From Octopus bimaculoides (taxonomy: Eukaryota), in contig NC_068982.1 in the NCBI RefSeq assembly GCF_001194135.2, forward strand, positions 164,943,920 through 165,007,919: a stretch of DNA of 64,000 nucleotides, written 5' to 3'. Both the position numbers and the translations under genes were made by a program. The notes beneath the pieces were generated by a model, which did no database searches, was not told the origin of the DNA, and saw only the letters and a list, made by a program, of their open reading frames with translations. Shown here piece after piece: positions 1 through 11,494 of this stretch (positions are counted from its first letter, which is position 1; every line of letters starts with the position of its first letter).

Positions 1-1599
1 CTTGTAGATATCATGATTTCCCATCACTCACTGTCAACTGTCAAACATTAACTGACTTCATACTTACTGTGACCTAATTTCTGGATCACTGGTTCGAACA
101 TTTTACTATTCTTTCCCAATTAATTTCCTTATAATTTGTTGGTGAGCTATTATCTACCATCTAGTTTATTTAGTTTGTTTTTAAATTTTGTCCGCATCCG
201 TAAAGCAATCTTTTATGGTTAAAATAGCATTTCATCTGGTTATGATTAATTCGAACATTGGGTTTTTAAACAACAGAAAATAACTTAATAGAATTGTATG
301 CACTCCTGCCTGCCTGCACACGAGTGTGTGTGTGTGTGTGTGCATGTATGTGTGTGTGTGTGCTTATGTGTGTGTGTATTTGTGTGTAATGCTGATATTT
401 AAGGCTTTGTTCTATACCTTTGCCAATTATTATAAACGCGTGATTGAATATATTTAAGCATGTATTTGATGTGTGTGTGCGTTTATACACACACACACAC
501 AGACTTATATGTACGTATGTATGTTACATATCTTCATATATGTGTACATATATGTATGTATATAGCGGTATTTATGTTAAACATTTTCACATTGCATAAA
601 ACTCTGTATGTATTCCCTTCTCTCTCTCTCTCTCCCTCTCTCTCTCTCCCCCCCTCTCTCTCTCTCTCTCTTCGTGTTTCTGTATGATTATGTTATTTTT
701 CATTTATCTGAAATCATGAAAGTATCAGGCTGCATATGTATATGCTCTCTCAAGCTAGCTTCAATGTATCTCTACATATGATCATGTGTGTGAATCGGCA
801 TGACGGATTGGATGAATGAACAAAGAATGTGCCTAGAACACAATGATGATAGTTGCACTGAATTGCGATTATATAGTAGTCATGCTTGTTCTTTGAAACA
901 CCCATGTTTTTATGAATAGAAGACATAACAATAAAAGAGAGAAACGTTCTTTGTAGAAATATTGGTTGCGAATACACTGATCTATTTTGTTGATGATTTA
1001 GTCCCTGCTTCTTTGGTTGCGCAGCTTTATGTAGTCGAGACATCTTCAATGGAGACGACAAAGCTTAACAATAAATGCGTGAATTCCTGAGGTGAAAGAA
1101 GATCGAAGTCAAATAGATGAAGATGTGTACATGCACGCATACGTACGCCCAAACACCCTAAAAAATACAAAAATATATGCGTTCGCGCGCAGACATATAT
1201 GTATACTCGTGCTTGTGAATGATTGTGTTCGTGCTTGTCATGCTGTTTCTAAATACTTTGTTGAACACTTCAATGCTACAGCTTTTAACCCTTTAGAGTG
1301 ATATGTAGGTGAGTAATGTATGTACAAATTGTGACCAATCAATGAAGGTTTTTCAGATGCATTGAATATTATTACAACGTGAATGAATAAAAAGTTAAAC
1401 ATTTGGTTAAATTTCATTTTATTACAGTCTAACATAACTATCTTAATTTATTCAGTGCGTTGATTACATTAAACAAAATAAAGTGTGTTAAAACATTGTA
1501 CTCGTTAGTTCTTTTGTTAAATAAAAAAATTTAAAAAATATATACAGATTTCTAATTGTGCATTTCGAGATCATTTCCATTTTCCAATAAAGTATATTT

Positions 1600-2100
1600 G
1601 TGTTATTTGATAAAGATAGGAGTGCTTTCATTAAAGAACCCTGACCCAAGTTCAAACCATATTTGCTGAATTATTGTTTGAAGGCTGCGGAGAGTTTTCC
1701 TCTCTGATTTCTTTCGTGGGTTCGTTAAATAAAATTTGGACCAGCTGAAGTACAAGGTTGTGGATGCTTGTTATATGAAATGGATTCGATTTTGTACGCA
1801 CATAGGCTTAGCCTTGTGTAATTTACGATACCAACTTTAATACGGTAATGTTAATAGAATATTTTCCGTATTGTACATATGATATAACGCTGGCAACGGT
1901 GTTATAGAAAATAGATTTTGTTCCCTTCCTATATTGTGCTCTTGTTTCGACAGAGATGTCTTGTTTCTTGGTTGCGAGAAGAAACCAGCAAGCATTACTG
2001 TAACAAGCGAGAATGAAAAATCGTGGTCGATTTTGTCAGTTAGAATAGTGAGTGGGTTCAGCAATCTTTAATTTCTTCGATGGGATCGAAGGGTAGTAGT
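1600..2100 (-). mobile_element. Old CR1/L2-type LINE, 3' RT-tail fragment
   Basis: Minus-strand translation gives HRCQRYIICTIRKIF...PCTSAGPN. This matches the better-preserved copy at 34150-34515 (LYSLQCRRERQIICTTWRIY). Multiple stops and frameshifts. Confidence 0.45.
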
Positions 2101-2200
2101 ATTGAAATTGTGAACGTTATGATACTTGCTAGTGGTGTGTTTCGTATATATATTTGTAATTTCTTGGAGGTATGTGAAGACACAGTCACGTTGGAAATAT

Positions 2201-2238
<38 letters not shown>

Positions 2239-2244
2239 CCTCGT

Positions 2245-3740
2245 GGGGAATATTAGTAGAACCTCTGGTACATGGACGGGGCGACGTTAGGTCGGCCAGT
2301 AAAGAGTGCCTGCCACGATCTGAGATTAGTGTTCCCGCTCTAGAAAAGATCGGCCGCATGATAAACTCATCCAGGTCGGAGGTTGTGAACGTAAACTACG
2401 ACGCAGTTGACTTTAAGGCCTCCGTCTCAGACGTACATTCACTACTTCATCAGGTACAGGTGACCTCAAAAGAGGACTTCTTATCCTCGATTCTCCGATT
2501 TTTCCGTCTGCTCAGTCGATCCACCCCCAGGTCTAAGCTTCGCCTTCTTGGAAGATTGACGAATAGACTAAATATGATCAACACCCTCCCAGTGCTGTTC
2601 TTTTTAAGGAACTGCTTCGCCATGCCGTAGGGTCCCTTCTTGCAACCACGTGTCATTCGTCACGGATCTCGACGCCTGTATTCAACGAATACCAAAGAGA
2701 TATGAAACGTTCATTTCGGTGACACTGGATGGTGACCTTATCCGTCAAATATGGTGGTCTCACCCTTCGATATCCGGTCTCGACCTCCAATCTGCGGTCT
2801 CATCTACCCTGCCGGCTTTTTTCTTATCGGCAACCTCTTGCTGTGTCCTCAGTAACAGGGTTCTCTACAATACAACTGGACCATCTATAATTGGGCAACT
2901 CGAGGTGAACTATGCATCATGGAGCCAGCTCGGAATGCGCCTTCTTGACATCATCCCCCTATCACCTCTGTGGACGTCAGGTCCTCCGAAAAGAAATGGG
3001 ACGCCATCTAATGTTGCCTGATCTCAGACGAGTTAGTGCGCCGACTTGACCAGCATGTCCTAACTTGTTTCAGCTCAGCCTCCGAGCCAATCAACGGAGC
3101 TTCACTCAATGCGGTTCCATCACTCGTGACTGGCACTCATCTTGATAGCGAATGTCTGCGCATCAGCGTTCCTTTGAGATTTGGCCTTCAATTGTATGAG
3201 CCTCAAGAATGTCGCTGTGGGTTCACTGTGAATTCTTTTGGTCCCCACTCATTGTCATGCCATCATTGTACTGGCCACCTTCCACGCCATGCCACACGTA
3301 CAAAATCATAAAACATGGCCTGGACGTCGCAGGTTTTTCTTCTCAGATTGAGCCAGCGGAGCTAGACCAAGGAGAAGATAAAATCCTGACGGTGTGATAA
3401 TTTTCCCATTCTGTGGTGGTAGGCCCCTCATTGGAAATTCACATGCTGCGGCACTTTCTCCAGTAGCAACTTAGTGTATTCATTTACCAGCCCAAGTACC
3501 GCTTATCATCAGACTGTACTAAGCAAACTCTCAAGGTATCGAATATTCTCTGACAGTGGAAACCTCCGACGTACTCCACTCCCGACCGTATCCTTGTTCC
3601 CCGCTATCGGAGCGGAAGTTGCTATATCAGCGCATTTTCTTCGCCATCCTCCGGTGCAATACCTTTTCCATTTTGTCTGCTGGGGCTATGAAGCGCTCTG
3701 AATTATAGGAAATTGTACGCTCCAGTCCTAATGTAAAGTT
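2245..3740 (+). mobile_element. CRE-clade non-LTR retrotransposon, 5'-truncated and degenerate (RT C-half, CCHC finger, restriction-like endonuclease)
   Basis: NLWYMDGATLG (decayed YxDD) near 2260-2290; LFFLRNCFAMP; GASLNAVPSLVTGTHLDSECLRISVPLRFG; CRCG-x8-HSLSC finger; DGVIIFPFCGGRPL..FTC endonuclease motif across frameshifts. ORF-track pieces 2358-2630, 2650-3021 and 3036-3311. Confidence 0.75.
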
Positions 3741-4009
3741 ATTCCATATGTATCGATGATGATGGTATATACGGCCGACTTTTGGATTCCGTTTTGACCA
3801 TGTGAAATGTGAAGCAATTGCTTCTACTTGATTCATTTGGGCCGTGTGGTCTTGCGGGTGAGAGGACTGCCGGTTGGTTTTGATGTCATAATTTCTGCGT
3901 TAGTTGAAATTAGTGTGGCTGTTAAGGATGCATATCGATAGAATGCGATGTTTTTTTTCTTGTTGTTTTCAAACAATTAGAAATAGCTGTAACAACTGAG
4001 GCAACACCC

Positions 4010-4061
<52 letters not shown>

Positions 4062-4074
4062 TAGTAGTAGTAGT

Positions 4075-4125
<51 letters not shown>

Positions 4126-4143
4126 GGTAGTAGTAGTAGTAGA
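4010..4143. repeat. Compound trinucleotide microsatellite (GTA)n(GCA)n(GTA)n
   Basis: Directly visible. It produces the poly-T/poly-A artefact in ORF 3922-4341. Confidence 0.95.
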
Positions 4144-4282
4144 TGATGGTGAGTTGATACCGGTTATAAGTTCGGTTGCCATAGTGATAAATGGGGGTGA
4201 CTGAGGAGGGGGAAACATATGCCGTACCAATAACAGAGAGGTCGCTACGTTCAGTGCTAAGCAGAAGGTGATTTTTATTGGT

Positions 4283-4333
<51 letters not shown>

Positions 4334-4614
4334 TTCTTCATTTTGTTGTTGTTGTTGTTAGTGTAGTGGAGCAGAACACAATGTTAAATGGAGTGTGTCC
4401 ACGTGCTTTTTTTTATTTAAGAAGATATTAACTGCTTTCAAAATTCGTTTTAGTCAGAATATTTAGGTGACTGACTATTAAGAAGTGGATCATTTACTGA
4501 AAAGTAATACATAACTGAAACATGGTATGAGGAAATCCCAGCCTAAATATCAATTTCGTTTTGTCTACTTATATCAATTACAGATATGAAATCTTTTCTA
4601 TTTGGAAATTTTAA

Positions 4615-4804
4615 AGTTTACTCTTTTACTTGTTTCAGCCATATGACTGCGGCCATGCTGGAGCACCGCCTTTAGTCGAGCAAATCGACCGCAGGACTTA
4701 TTCTTTGGAAGCGTAGTACTTATTCTATCGGCCCTTTTGCCGAACCGCTAAGTTACGGGGACGTAAACACACCAGCGTCGGTTGTCAAGCAATGATGGGG
4801 GACA

Positions 4805-4871
<67 letters not shown>

Positions 4872-5040
4872 TCACACACATATATATACGACGGGCTTCT
4901 TTCAGTTTCCGTCTACCAAATCCACTCTCAAGGCTTTGGTCGGTACGAGGCTATAGTAGAAGATACTTGCCCAAGGTGTCACGCAGTGGGACTGAACCCG
5001 GAACCATGTGGTTGGTATGGAAGCTACTTACCACACAGAG
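4615..5040 (-). mobile_element. tRNA-derived SINE, family 1, near full length, central (CA)n/(TA)n
   Basis: Reverse complement has a head with A-box-like CTGTGTGGTAAG and B-box-like GGTTCAGTCCC, a shared body (CCTTGGGCAAGT...GGTGCTCCAGCATGGCCGCAGTC) and a GAGTAAAA tail. Homologous to copies at 5140, 35377, 38300 and 42437. Confidence 0.9.
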
Positions 5041-5134
5041 TGAAAATTTTAAAAGTTAGTTTAATGATTCAATTTTCTACGCTGAATCTCGGAGGCTAAT
5101 TCAGCCAAACACAAAATATCCTCCACTTTTTATA

Positions 5135-5372
5135 CTCTCCTTCTTGTTTCAGTCATTTGACTGCGGCCATGCTGGAGCATCACCTTCAAGGGTTTTTTAA
5201 TCGAAGAAATCTACTCCAGGACTTATTCTTTGTAAGCCTAGTACATATTCTATCGACATCTGTTGCCGAACCGCTATGTCACGGGAACATAAACACACCA
5301 ACATCGGTTGTTAAGCGACGGTAAGAGGAGGCAAGCACAGATACAGAAATACATACATACACACACACACAC

Positions 5373-5468
<96 letters not shown>

Positions 5469-5632
5469 GGATAGATTTACAACGAGCTTCTTTCAGTTTC
5501 TTTCTACCAAATCCACTCACAACGCTTTGGTCTGCCCGAGATTATAGTAGAAGAAACCGACCCAAGGTGTCACGCAGTGGGACTGAAACCGGAGCCATGC
5601 GGTTAGAAAGCAAGCTTGCCACACAGCCACGC
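5135..5632 (-). mobile_element. tRNA-derived SINE, family 1, central (GATA)n
   Basis: Same head, body and tail as 4615-5040, with a long (GATA)n at about 5370-5475. Confidence 0.9.
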
Positions 5633-5639
5633 CTGAAAT

Positions 5640-6280
5640 ATTTTTGTTTTTTTACGTTACCGAGATTTAAAATTTGATAATTTTTACCTAGTCAGAAAAC
5701 GCTATTTGGAAGCTGTCATTTTGTGCTTGACTGTACGTGTTGTCAACCGTAAATAAATGAAATACTGCCGGAATTTTTCTTTACACCTGACATATAACTC
5801 CTCATAACTGTTTTATTTATCGGAATTTTTAGAAACTTTTTGCAAATCTGTATTCTACATATAGGAATCCATACAATTATGCAAAAACCAAGAAAAGTTT
5901 TTAAATTTGGTGCGTGATTTAAGGCCTATTTAGCTGTTAGCACATCTCAAAACCACCTCATACCTCGTATTTTAAGAATTTAATAAGCAAGAAATGACCA
6001 CATGGCTTGACATGACCACAACAAAGGAATAAGCAGCTCAACAGCTTGGGTTGTTACTATGGAAACAAGCACTCATATGTATGTAGCTTTCGATTGACTA
6101 AAATTAATCAAAATTTGAAAACTTTAAAAGCTATTAACTCTTTATTTATTGAGTTATGGTGAAAATTAATTTACTGTCAATGATTACCTTAAAAAACTAC
6201 ACCAAATGTGAAATCAGTTGGATTCAAATTGAAGAAATTGAAATTGGCAGCCAAACGGGAAAAAAATCCCATTTACGGGA
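5640..6280. repeat. Unclassified non-autonomous repeat, left member of an inverted pair
   Basis: Blocks such as GAGATTTAAAATTTGATAATTTTTTACC, GGAAGCTGTCATTTTGTGC and GTTACTATGGAAACAAGCACTCATATGTATGTAGCTTTCGATTGACTAAAATTAA reappear reverse-complemented at 7140-7665. Confidence 0.75.
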
Positions 6281-6349
6281 TTTATTCATTTTGACGAGGG
6301 ATTCGTAAATTACATCTCTTTTATATGTAAATTACATATCTTTTATTTG

Positions 6350-6420
6350 CTTTTGACATTGGACTGCGTCCGTATTATAGCGCTCCCACGAAAGGTTTTA
6401 GCTGAGCAAAGCAACCCTAG
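6350..6420 (-). mobile_element. Decayed family-1 SINE 3' fragment
   Basis: CATTGGACTGCGTCC...GGTTTTAGCTGAGCAAAGCAACCCTAG resembles the SINE tail seen at 5150-5220. Confidence 0.45.
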
Positions 6421-6444
6421 TCGATTTCATTAATTCTTTAGCAT

Positions 6445-6960
6445 TAATAACCGCAAGACCTCACTCAACATCCCAGAGATACCTAATGCCACAACCCTAG
6501 CGAAGCACGTCTGGACTTCGAAAGAAAGCGCCACGGAGTACAGCATAAAGTGAAAGATTCCAGAAAGATGCAAACCGTACTTCAATAGCAAGAAGTGCAG
6601 ATTATGCCTGGCTGAGAAGAGAGCAATTTTAAAGTGTACCCAACACCTGGATGTTTACTTAATAACAGGAGTGAGGTGTTTAATCCTTGTCACGCATGAA
6701 AGGAATTGCATTCTATCATACCTGCGTGCCCCACCATGACTGCAACTACAGATCCTCTGCCTCGATCTTCCACAAACGACCTTCCACGAATGCCTTTGGG
6801 CCCGAAAAAAGAGTTTTACCAAAACACACACCAAGGCGCCCTTGAACACACGCGCACACACCCCTATGAGGCGGACACCCCACAAAATAAATTGTCTCTC
6901 CCACACCATCGCCCCCCCCCAACAATACCCTTTCACACAGTTATATAAAGTTATATAATC
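6445..6960 (+). mobile_element. Penelope-like element, GIY-YIG endonuclease C-terminal fragment plus probable 3' region
   Basis: Translates to NATTLAKHVWTSKE..YSIK*KIPERCKPYFNSKKCRLCLAEKRAIL...LNNRSEVFNPCH. This is typical of the PLE endonuclease tail and is similar to 53200-53660. Confidence 0.75.
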
Positions 6961-7139
6961 GGTTTGTTACCTAANNNNNNNNNNNNNNNNNNNNNNNNNN
7001 NNNNNNNNNNNNNNNNNNNNNNNNNNNNNNNATATATATATATATATATATAATTCAAATATGAGTTATTAGTATATGTTTAATTTATCATTAGATATTT
7101 ATATTACAAACACGTTTGCAGTGTAACAGCTTTTGCGTG

Positions 7140-7665
7140 GTGGGATTAAGGATCTTTTCTGTTTGGCAGGCACTTTTCAACTTAGTGTTGTTCCAATTGA
7201 TTTTAAATTTGTTGTAATGATGTTTGTTTTGCATGGTAACTATTGACATCAAATTCATTTTTGCAATAAATCAATGAATAAAGACTTCATAGCTGTTTGC
7301 AACTTTTGCTTAATTTTAGCCAATCGAAAGCTACAAACATATAGATGCCTGTTTCCATGGTAACAGTCAAGCATTGGCACTCTCCGCTATAAAATATGTG
7401 TTTACGAAAAATTTCTGTAGAAGAAATATTTAATTCGTTCACGGCTTGTTTTCTCTGCTCTTAAAACTACAAAATGTGCCGTTTACTCGTTTCTTTTCGC
7501 CATTTTCGCTCATTAAACACTTAAAACACGAGCTATCGTCGCAATGTTTTGTCGTCTTACGATTGCAGTCACGCACAAATTGACAGCTTCCAAAACCTGT
7601 TTCATGATGGTAAAAATGATCAAATTTGAAATCTCTGTAGCATTTTAAAACATATTTTTCTGGTA
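7140..7665. repeat. Unclassified non-autonomous repeat, right member of the inverted pair with 5640-6280
   Basis: Contains TTAATTTTAGCCAATCGAAAGCTACAAACATATAGATGCCTGTTTCCATGGTAAC, GCACAAATTGACAGCTTCC and GGTAAAAATGATCAAATTTGAAATCTC. Confidence 0.75.
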
Positions 7666-8320
7666 CTAGTAAATTAAGCTCTGAGGTTCAGCGTGAAAAA
7701 TGATATCAATACATCGAATTTGAAAATATTCACTTAATTTTAAAATTTAAAAAAGTACAACTAAAGAGAAAAGAACCAGGATTAATTCTATTCGTGTGTC
7801 TGTGTCTGTCCCCCCATCTTTGCATGACTGTATGCGTGTGTGTGTGTTCGCGTGTGTGCGTACATGTGTGTGTATACATACATACATACATACATACACA
7901 TACTTAACTTTTTGGTTAACAAGCCCACCGTTGGTTTCATGCCTAGCGTTTTCAGCAATGATCCAGCCAGCCACATGGGACGTTGGAACTCGTTTTCATC
8001 TTAGTTGAGAATATAACGATGCTAGACGAGACTGAGCATGGTTTTGGAATGAACATAGAAATATATTGCTCAGGAAAAAAGTCTTTTAATTGTTATCTCT
8101 CTTGCATTAATGCTAGCCACTTTATAAATATAAATATGAATACACACGTATATGCTCAAGTAAACCTATGCATAATATGCATGCAAAGTATATGCATATA
8201 TACACATGCAACAACACACACACACACCCACTCGCTCCTGCATTGTATATTTAGTTCGTGTTTGGGTGTTTGCACTTAATTATTCGTATTCATTCGTATT
8301 TGCACATATGCACACGTAAT

Positions 8321-8491
8321 TTTCCGATTGAAAATTTCATTGTCATTTGTTTCTTACTGTAGACTCTAGATTCATCGGAAGAGCTTTATATCCATATACA
8401 CATTGAAAAGAGAGATAAACACTTACATCGCATTACATTGTAACTAACATCAGTGTCTTTCACATATAGATTGATTGCATGCATCACGAAT
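8321..8491 (-). repeat. About 170-bp arm, inverted copy of 11327-11494
   Basis: The reverse complement ATTCGTGATGCATGCAATCAATCTATATGTGAAAGACACTGATGTTAG...GAGTCTACAGTAAGAAAC...AATGAAATTTTCAA aligns to 11327-11494. Confidence 0.85.
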
Positions 8492-9114
8492 GTGGGTATT
8501 CACGCACTCTGTCTTAGTAAATGAGGATCGCTTTCGGACTCTGGTTTAGTCTGTTTTTACAAATAGCTTCTCTAAGCTTCTAGGTGTTTCTGTTCCAGCC
8601 AAGCACCAGGAAATCAAGGTGAATTACACCATTATCGATCAAAAGATAGTCACGATGAATTTTAATTCGCATCGCTGTCTTTTGAACCTCTTTTGTGTAA
8701 ACCCTTTCCATTCACTGGAGCCATCGTTTCTATATCATGAAGATACATCAATATTTCATATCCCGTTACGGGATCGAGAAAAATGTACTTGCGTTAGAAT
8801 GAAACGCTTGCAGCCGGTGAGATAGACTTTGTAGCATGCTCTCCTTCCAACTGAATGTCAACTGCCGACGGCTGAATCGCTGCACTCGCTTTGTATCTGA
8901 AAAACAGAGGACATCACATAATCGCAGGAATCATAATTGAAAGCGGCGTTGTCCAATTCTCTCTCCCCCCAAAAATAATAAACGTCGCAGTGAGTGAAGT
9001 ATGGGGGAAAGGAAATGAACAAATAAATCTACTAATAGCGGTGCCCAAACATTACCTCGGAGTAAGAGAAGTAAAAGCATGTATGTATGTATATATATAT
9101 ATATATATATATAT

Positions 9115-9907
9115 NNNNNNNNNNNNNNNNNNNNNNNNNNNNNNNNNNNNNNNNNNNNNNNNNNNNNNNNNNNNNNNNNNNNNNNNNNNNNNNNNNNNNN
9201 NNNNNNNNNNNNNNNNNNNNNNNNNNNNNNNNNNNNNNNNNNNNNNNNNNNNNNNNNNNNNNNNNNNNNNNNNNNNNNNNNNNNNNNNNNNNNNNNNNNN
9301 NNNNNNNNNNNNNNNNNNNNNNNNNNNNNNNNNNNNNNNNNNNNNNNNNNNNNNNNNNNNNNNNNNNNNNNNNNNNNNNNNNNNNNNNNNNNNNNNNNNN
9401 NNNNNNNNNNNNNNNNNNNNNNNNNNNNNNNNNNNNNNNNNNNNNNNNNNNNNNNNNNNNNNNNNNNNNNNNNNNNNNNNNNNNNNNNNNNNNNNNNNNN
9501 NNNNNNNNNNNNNNNNNNNNNNNNNNNNNNNNNNNNNNNNNNNNNNNNNNNNNNNNNNNNNNNNNNNNNNNNNNNNNNNNNNNNNNNNNNNNNNNNNNNN
9601 NNNNNNNNNNNNNNNNNNNNNNNNNNNNNNNNNNNNNNNNNNNNNNNNNNNNNNNNNNNNNNNNNNNNNNNNNNNNNNNNNNNNNNNNNNNNNNNNNNNN
9701 NNNNNNNNNNNNNNNNNNNNNNNNNNNNNNNNNNNNNNNNNNNNNNNNNNNNNNNNNNNNNNNNNNNNNNNNNNNNNNNNNNNNNNNNNNNNNNNNNNNN
9801 NNNNNNNNNNNNNNNNNNNNNNNNNNNNNNNNNNNNNNNNNNNNNNNNNNNNNNNNNNNNNNNNNNNNNNNNNNNNNNNNNNNNNNNNNNNNNNNNNNNN
9901 NNNNNNN
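9115..9907. other. Assembly gap (N-run); other gaps at 6975-7031, 26804-27772, 28415-29278, 35133-35275, 38658-38720, 39840-39910, 41319-42167, 42844-42932, 46013-46212, 48212-48432, 54711-55036 and 59422-59431
   Basis: N characters, nearly all flanked by (TA)n, (CA)n or (TC)n. Confidence 1.
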
Positions 9908-10029
9908 TATATATTCAATAATAGGATAAAAATCTATTACAAGAATTTTATCAGGAAGCTAGTGTGTAAAAAAATTCTTAAGGGAAATTTCTATTCCCCA
10001 AAATATAATTATTCGTTTATATTTATATA

Positions 10030-10372
10030 AGGGCATTACTACAGAATAATGGCACACACTATACTTCACAAATAAGCACATTTTAGTACCGAATGCGAGG
10101 AATAGCAACTATGAAAAAAAAAAAAACTTTTCTAAAAAAAACAACTCAACTATGTATCGACCGATTTCACGATTACCAGAATGAAATCTAGTTTTCGCTC
10201 GGCAGCATAGTACAGCACAGATATATACAAATAAACAAAATCCTCACCTTAAAACGAACACCTTATGTATCCGACAAAGTAAACGGAATAATGTTTATCC
10301 CTATACATCTCTGCAAAAAAATGCTTTCATTTGTGAAGTCTAGTGTGTGGCATTATTCTGTTGTAATGCCCT
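10030..10372. mobile_element. MITE with 44-bp TIRs and TA target duplication (Tc1/mariner-type)
   Basis: Left TIR 10030-10073 versus the reverse complement of 10329-10372 matches at 41 of 44 positions. TA at 10028-29 and 10373-74. No ORF inside. Confidence 0.85.
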
Positions 10373-11326
10373 TATTAAATAAATATTTTATAGGACGCTA
10401 CACTTGTTTGGTAATTACATGTTACGATTCCGTTTTGCTACTGTTTATATCTCGCTCAGAGATATAATATAGCTTATTTCTCCTTTTTCGGGATCAGCGA
10501 CTGTTTGTCGCTGGAAAAAGCATATAGAATTTTGCGAGTGGAATGTGTTTCCATCACTAGCTGGTGATTAACACACGCTGTGGACAGGTAACCACTCAGA
10601 AACTCGAGACCGTGTGTATCGCGTAAGGCTAGAGATGAGAGCGATGACCTCTCCTTGCAAATACTAATCGGACGCAGAATGTGTGAAGTGAATCAGCTGG
10701 AAGAGATGTCTTCCTGGGGCTATAAACGTCAGTAGCACAGTCCTTTATAAGACGCCACACTTGGTTGGCAATTATATGTTAAATATATTTTATAGTATAT
10801 CTTACTCTATGACAGGTATAAAATGTACCACTAGGATTTGGAACATAAAACTATTCTGAAATTTGAGTAAAATGAGTTAACAAAGAAATATATTAAGAGA
10901 CGAAAGATAAAACAGTTTATTTATAGTTTCCAATATATTAAATCTATATTCCTTTAATGACATTTTGTTTAAAAATAACATTTTATGAAAACATTTAATT
11001 TAATTTCTCATTTCCTCTGGCATAAACCTTGGTACACCTCATATTTAAAGGACAAAATAATGTTTTCCATAAAATTTCTCAGTTTTAGTAATCTAACATA
11101 TGTGAAAGGTTATGTCAAATTTTAAAAATGTTCCAATAAAATGAAAATGCACAAATACACATAATGAATAATAGTGTAAGTATTAAGATCTTAAATGTTA
11201 TTTTTATCGATTTCCATCATTAAAATGAAGAAAGACTTGCAATAAATTAATTGTTTATCCTAACAATAAAATACATACGCAAATATTATGTAGACATGAT
11301 AATCTGTCAATCTTGAACTTCATGGT

Positions 11327-11494
11327 ATTCGTGATGCATGCAATGAATCTAGATGTGAAAGACACTTATGTTAGAATGTAATGCGATACAGGTGTTTATC
11401 TCTTTGTTTAATGTGTATATGGATATTAACTTCTTCCAATGAGTCTTGAGTCTACACTAAGAAACGAATTATAATGAAATTTTCAAGTGGAAAT
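11327..11494 (+). repeat. About 170-bp arm, inverted copy of 8321-8491
   Basis: See 8321-8491. Confidence 0.85.

Noticed and set aside
1954-2047. Plus-strand exon-like segment with acceptor, open frame DVLFLGCEKKPASITV... and GTGAGT donor
   Set aside because: It lies antisense within a decayed CR1-type fragment, so the splice signals are probably coincidental. Exonisation cannot be excluded.
3922-4341. 139-aa ORF with poly-T/poly-A; similar homopolymer ORFs at 18963-19328 and 59298-59731
   Set aside because: These are translations of microsatellites.
8891-10030. Long ORFs of 280-395 aa here and at 26.6-27.9, 28.4-29.4, 41.2-42.3 and 54.6-55.2 kb
   Set aside because: They consist of X residues from N-gaps plus dinucleotide-repeat translations.
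11352-11375. miR-71-like sequence TGAAAGACA...
   Set aside because: Only the first 9 nt match the recalled mature sequence, and no local pre-miRNA hairpin is evident.
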